From Amoebophrya sp. A120 (lineage: Eukaryota > Protista > Dinoflagellata): a stretch of 64,000 bases of DNA. This document shows positions 58,101-64,000 of the stretch, in pieces. The stretch lies in contig CAJINV010000001.1 of assembly GCA_905178155.1 (NCBI GenBank), positions 15,190,142 through 15,254,141 on the forward strand, given 5' to 3'. Position numbers and translations under genes: made by a program. The notes below the pieces were generated by a model. It did no database searches. It had not been told where the DNA came from and saw only the letters and a program-made list of their open reading frames with translations. Position 1 is the stretch's first letter, and each line of letters opens with the position of its first letter.

Positions 58101-59080
58101 GTAGAACGCCAATGGACGGGGTATTTTGCCGGGTCGGTGGTGGAGGAAGGGCCCGGGGGTGGTGCGTGGGCTGCGCTGGTTTCCGAGGCGGCCCTTAGTA
58201 AGGGAGCGAATGCAGGCCGGACGCCCGCGCACTCTGGTCTGCAGCCATCTCCTCCAGCTCATCTTCGAACCGGTTAGAGACCACGCCAGTGTGGCCCGCG
58301 CAACACTGGCCGACGCCTGCGGCAGTGATTCCACGGAGCGTTCGCCGGCCCCTTGCTCGCCTTTGTTTTTCTCGTTCCCACTCTGGCGCCCCGCCCCGGC
58401 GCCTCACCCCCCTGCGGGCTCTCCGGCATCCGCGCCGCCTGCGGCGCGCGGTTCTGCGATGTCGCCGCCGCGAACGGTCTCGGCAGGCGCCGTTGGCCCG
58501 TGTGCGGTGGACGGTGGCGCCTGCCACACGGGTCGCGCCGTGTTGGTCTTCCTGAATCTGGAAGCGCCGGCGCTTTGCCCGTAATTGGCCACGGTCGCGC
58601 GGGCCCGCGCTCGCGAGGCAAGGCGCAGTCATGCGCGTGTGGCGCGGCCGTGAGAAGTGTCGCATTCAATGACGCCCGTGCCGATGCTGAGGGAAGTCAG
58701 AGCTTCGTTGCCTTGCTGAGTATTTTGCTGGCTCCTGCCACAAAAGGAAGAGATCTTCGGTTTATTGCCGCGGGCGGTTGTAAAGTAAAGTTGGGTACCG
58801 GTACTGGTTTCTGCGGTGTAGCGACCTTGTGGTAGTGATCCGTAGTGGAGAGGAGTTGGAGGGATAGGAGTCTTGTCTTGACTTGCTCGGGGTGCGCTAT
58901 TTTTCAGCGTGAGTGTGCTCCACCTCCACGCATGTGGAACCGCGAGTGTGCTGTAGTCAGAGAGGGCGAGATCGTTTGTGTTAGCCAGGAGCGCGGAAAG
59001 TCAGGGGCTCAGTTTCGTATTTCAACATCCGCGGCAGTGCCCGCAGCCTTGTTGGTGTAGTTGTACGGGACGTTCCGAAG

Positions 59081-62000
59081 ATGCCAGCCCCGGCCAGTGA
59101 CAATCCTGCCTACTACCCGACTGACGGGGTTTTAAACTGGGGCAAATTCGTCGTCTGCGACGCTCGCACGAAGAAGGAATCTGTTTACGAATGGTCAAAC
59201 GGAAAGTACGTCAAGCGAGGTGGTATCACCATTGGACAGCGGGTGGTGCTGGGAGAATTCCGTTCACCAGAAGCGGTCAAGTACAACGGGCTGCGGGGCT
59301 ACGTTAGAAGTATCTAGTACTTGTTGGCTGTAGTTTGAGTTTCTTGTCTTTCTTCAATCAATCAATGTCTGGCTAGGCGCAGGCGCTTATGTCCGTGGCA
59401 AGACGCATGATGAAAGAATGAATGTAGCGGAAACAAGCGCAGAAAGCGTATCTTTCCATTCAGTGTTCGCCACTACCTAGGTGAGAAGGACGGGCTCTAC
59501 AGCATCCACTGCGAAGGATGCGAGGGTTTCCCCTACGGGGCGATGATGACGTGCGAGGACTGCAATCTGTTTGTCTACGGCGACGACGGGCAGCTGTACC
59601 ACGCCCGCCCGAACGCGGACCGCGCGGCCCTGGAGGAAAGCGGGAAACCGCAGTACATCGATGTGGACCAGTACAAAAAGATCGTTTCTGTCATCGAAGA
59701 GTGCCAGCAGCAGCAGGCGCTCCCGCCGCAAGTCTACAAAAGCGTGCCGCTCATGTTTCCGGGTCACGCGGAGCAGGATTCTGCGCCTCCACCGTCGCAA
59801 CTCAGTAGACCGGCAGCAGCTCCACCACCACCGTCTTATCCGAGCTACCCGACGGACGAGGAGAGAAACAGCGTGATTCCTGAAGAGTACAGCCCGAAGG
59901 CGAAGTCCCCGAATCCGATGAATGTTCGATCGAGTGCGCAGCAAGAGCCACCGGGAATGACGATGCTCCCGAGTGACGTCGAAAAGTTGGACCTTGGGCA
60001 AATAACGCGCGACGCCGGCGCGCTAGTGGACTACGCGCGGACGACAGTCGCGGGCTGGTTCGGACGGGAAAGTGAAGGAGCACAGGTCGGGATCCCCAAG
60101 GTTGCAGATGCAAATAACATCGAGGAAACGCTCCTGCCGCCGGAGTCCTCGCCGACGTTTGGCGCTGCCGGAGGAGCGTCGTCTTCGAGCTCGGGAGCTC
60201 CGCGGAAATCAGAACTGGATCTGCAGCTGGAGGCCGAGATAGCAAAAGCACAAGCCTCCTACGAGAAAGCTCAAAGGGAGTATGAGCAGACAAAGCGGGC
60301 GAGCGAAGGTATGTGTGCTGATGTGTAATGTCGTCCACTTCTCCTAGTGAAACCAGAACCACGTCGCTCGCTTGTACTGAATGAATTGCAGAAAAAATGA
60401 TCAAATCAAATTCATTCGAGGAAATGGAATTTGCTTGTGAAAAAACTTACCCCAGGTCTCGCCCTGCTTGGAAAGAAAAAAAAGAAGCCGCAACCGGAGG
60501 GCGAAGCCGCACGCGGGCCATCGACTATCGTGCTTGGCGGTTTGGATCTTTCGGACGACCCGGCCTTTGCAGAAGTGTTGAATAACAACGACAATAACTT
60601 TGTCGACGGCGAGGTTGGCGCGTTGTTGCCGCCTGGCAGCGCGACGTCCTTATCTGGAAAAAATAAGCTCACGTCAAAACAGATAGTGTCGATGCCGATG
60701 CTGACTATGCCGGAGCTTAAGAAGCATCGGCTCGAGTCGAAAGAGGAACTGCTCCGCTCACAGAAAGGCAGTAAGCGAGAGGACACAAAGTCGGGGGTCG
60801 CGGGAGCAAATGTCGTCGCCGGTACGACACTGGGATCGGGTACTTGGAAGTTCTTATAATATCTTCTCTGTCGTAACTGTTTCACATAGTTTGGCGACTG
60901 CGCAACTTCTGGTCACTGGTATAGCCCATTCTGTCAAATGAAAACGACATGCATGATTATAGAAAGAAGGAACAAAGGGAAGCGCATCGATTACTTTACG
61001 ATTTCCACATTTTCCACGTTCCTGCAGGTCTTCTCCAACCCAGCAGCGCGACCATGCTCGACGCCCCGAGTTTGCACGAGTACGCCGCTAAGGAGCGGGA
61101 GAAGTTTGCGAGGCAAGAAGCGGAGCGGCAAGAGGCCAACCGGCGGGTGCAGGAATCAGTGATGCAACAGCAGGTGATGTACGAGGAGATGCATCGCCGA
61201 TTCCAGGTCGCAATGACACCGGTCGACAGCCTCGAGGCTGCTCCCGACGGTATAGTTGGCGCATCTCGAGGGCGAAGTCCGGGTGGTGCGACAACCATGC
61301 TGCAGATACTGCAGCCGAACCCGGAAATAGCCCGGACCGGGCCGTCCCTCACGCCGCTGACGAGGGAGGGGGCACTGAATGTACTGAATTCATCTTCAGT
61401 AGATTTGGGGGCATGCAAATCTTCGCATCTTGATCTTTTTGGCTCAACGAACGTCAACAGTTTCTATTGGTACACCTATGATGAACAATTATTTCACAGA
61501 CCGGCGCGCGACCCGCGCTGACGACGGGAGACCTTGGGCACCTCGTACCAACTCCGCGCGAGCTTCATAGCACTGCGAACCGCCATTGGGGTACACACAT
61601 CCCGTCGGGGATTCACAAAACGGCGCTCGCGCAGGAGACTGCTCTGGAGAGCGGCGTGCGACACATCGGAGCTGGACAGTATTTCACTGAGGAGTTCTAC
61701 AGAAGCATGACTCGCTGAATTGAAAGAATCGGAAATCCTTGGTTGAATCGAGTGTGAAAATTCGATCCATGTACTAATTTTTTTCCACAGACCTGGCGCC
61801 TCAAGCTCACGCTTGCGAACGCAAAGCGACACGGTGAAAGAAGCCTATCACATTCCGGAGCATGCAGCGAGCATCCAGCAACAGGCCTCAATTCGGTCCA
61901 AATCAGAGGCACCGCGATTACCAGGGAGCGGAAACTGGCGTGTGACGCGCGACCCGGATACGAATCGAACCATGTTTTTGCCTGCTGAGGCTCCGTCACC

Positions 62001-62094
62001 TGAGAAAAAGAAGAAAGACCCGAACAAGAGCGTGGCAGCTGCGGGGTCAGCAGCGCCCCCATCGTCCGCGGCGGCGCCAAGTGAGGAGGGATAG
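59081..62094 (+). CDS. Hypothetical multi-exon protein, Pro-rich with coiled-coil segments
   Basis: Coding-like ORF pieces at 59081, 59481-60308, 60456-60840, 61030-61470 and about 61791-62094, bounded by plausible GT/AG sites; no family recognised. Confidence 0.55.
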
Positions 62095-62339
62095 TTGATG
62101 TCTGCAGTATTGGCGCTCAGTCCTACCTCTGGACTGCCATTCGGTTTTGGAGATGAGATGCAAAAAAACAAAGTACAAGACTTCATCTCTATGCCAACGT
62201 CATGAAAAAACAACGTGGTTGAAAGTTTTCCAATACGGAGAAATATCAATCGCTGTGGGAATATGCCGACGATCAATCTATTTTCCGTATCCATTTTTTT
62301 TCTTTTCCAGCCGCCGAATGAAACAGTTTTGGTAGAGGC

Positions 62340-62680
62340 TTAAAATTTCAAAAAATTTTGCCTCACATCAACATCAAGTGATATTGAAAAGAAAAAGAGT
62401 TTGCCATTTCCATTCGTCCGCGTGTCCGTGTGCAGTTGAGTGGATCTGCATTCCGGGTCGCCGGAGTTTTGTTCGATTTGGATTTCCTTTATTTTTTTCA
62501 CCTGCTGTTGAGCATGAGGCATGCAGAGGTCTTAGAGTGACAACACTTTTTACCTCCAACACGTGCAAACTGTGCAACAGTGTAACGCTGCAAGAAAAGG
62601 TTGAGCGCACCGAGGGCCACAATTGCAACGCTGTGCAGGAGGTAAGAGAGAAATAGGAGCGCGCCACACTTCTTGCGGTT
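62340..62680 (+). pseudogene. Possible highly decayed TnpB/Fanzor-like C-terminal fragment
   Basis: FTSNTCKLC-x13-GHNCNAVQEVRE followed by a frameshifted GARH resembles the zinc ribbon plus RuvC-III pattern TSxxCxxC...CxxC...RDxNGARN. Confidence 0.22.
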
Positions 62681-64000
62681 GATCTGAGGCCTCACCTGGT
62701 ATGGATAGCGTTGGGTTTCTTCTCTCACGTATGCCAAAGAATGTCGCCCCACACATCCCTCCGCGCTACCGCTACTGTACCGAGATGGTGCGCAATGGGA
62801 TCGAGAATACGTGTGGGGACTGGGTTCGATATGCGTGCGGGCATTCCGCCTTCGCCAGGCCGGGCGTTTCTTCGTCTCCATTCAAGGGCCAGGACGCACC
62901 AGCTCCGAAAATCAGCGGAAGCCCGGGGCAGGGGACACCCCCGGGCGATGACGCGAATGGATTCCGGCCCAGACTCCTCCTTGGCTGGCTCCGCGCGCGT
63001 TTGCGCGGTGTTGAGTTTGTCCGACGGGTGGCGCGCCCCGTGCCTCGGGCGCGGTTCGTTACTCCTCCAGAGGGCCTTCGCCTTCCTGCGCCGGGGGGCG
63101 GGCTACGGAAAAGGTTAGCGGACGAGGGGGCGCCCGAAATTTTGGCGGAAAATCTTCGGGGAGGACAAACTCCGACACGCAAGCGGCGCAAGATAGAGCC
63201 CGGGCGCCCTTCGGAGATCGCGGCGGGCGGTTGCCCCCTTCCCCTGGCCCACGCGGAAGCGAGGCCAGCGCTATTCGCAGAGCATGCACGCGTCGAAGCC
63301 CCACCGACAAGGAAGCGTCTTGGTTGCGCGAGAAGCAGGGGCAGTCGTGGGCCTTCCCCAGACCGCTCGCGCCGACATGATGGCAGCGCCCCTTGATATG
63401 AGCAGGCGCATCATGGTGGGGCACCGGCGCAGGGCCGGGCATCACTCAGCCCATGCGCCCCCGCGAAAAAAAGTTTTGCAATGATGTAGGCCGCAGGCGG
63501 GCAGCAGTCTGTCAAACGCTTCCGAGAAGGCTTCCTTGCCGCGTCATATGTACGTATTGACACAATGCGTGTAAAGTTTTCGTTCTTTTGTACTAGTTTT
63601 TGTTCACGAGATGGGGTGGGTGTTGAGAACGGAGAGGAAGCTGTGTTTTCCATTACTGCCGAGCGTGAGGCGCACACATGAGAGATCGCACGCACAAAAT
63701 GTTTCAGCGTGAGAAGTTGTTGCTGTGATTGCCTGGCTGGGCGGTAGTTTTGCGGCTTTTTATCCTGTTGTTCTACTTGTGTGTGACAGACTGTCACTGC
63801 GTTATATATGCGGGCGCGGCAGCTTCATTTCCTAGCAGAATATAAGCCAAAGCTTTCGCTTCGAGGTTTGTTATGAACCTTCAAATGAAGAGGAAGAGCA
63901 CGATAGCTGCGTGCCTCCGGTCGTCGGACCGTGAAGATGAAGTGAAAGGAATGATCCTGCCGGTGCGATCATGAGAAGGTAGACGCGAGAGATTCGCCAG

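Noticed and set aside
1-64000. Autonomous transposase, tRNA/rRNA genes, dinoflagellate spliced-leader relics
   Set aside because: None recognised by eye; a covariance-model or HMM scan would be needed to exclude them.

Overview
Gene-dense eukaryotic genomic DNA with about 17 protein-coding genes, all on the + strand. Recognisable products are a U2AF65-like splicing factor, proteasome RPN1, a GRIP-domain golgin, an ankyrin protein, a histone-H1-like basic protein, a SURNod19/DOMON-like protein, a DHHC palmitoyltransferase, ZNF598/Hel2, MNS1 and a TauE transporter; the rest are orphans. The main feature is a set of 12 short (109-325 bp) elements with terminal inverted repeats (TIRs), in four internally unrelated families. 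Each sits inside a coding exon between 5-bp direct repeats (DRs). In all 12 cases, removing the element plus one DR copy restores the reading frame, and 11 of 12 cannot have GT-AG or GC-AG ends, so they behave as non-canonical transposon-derived introns (introners). This, plus one-strand gene clustering, points to an Amoebophrya-like syndinian dinoflagellate, where IR/DR introner elements are already known (Farhat et al. 2021); the organism call is inference. Read directly here and possibly new: all four families share one end code (TATC-N4-G-N-AAAAA; sense 3' end TTTTT-N-C-N4-GATA, with GATA and the -9 C in 12/12), a shared internal GCATSACA-like motif, insertion in both orientations, and compensatory changes between TIRs. 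Other items are a palindrome/39-bp minisatellite element near 17 kb and weak, decayed LINE-like and TnpB/Fanzor-like traces near 57 and 62.5 kb. Exon boundaries were inferred by eye; no database searches were run.
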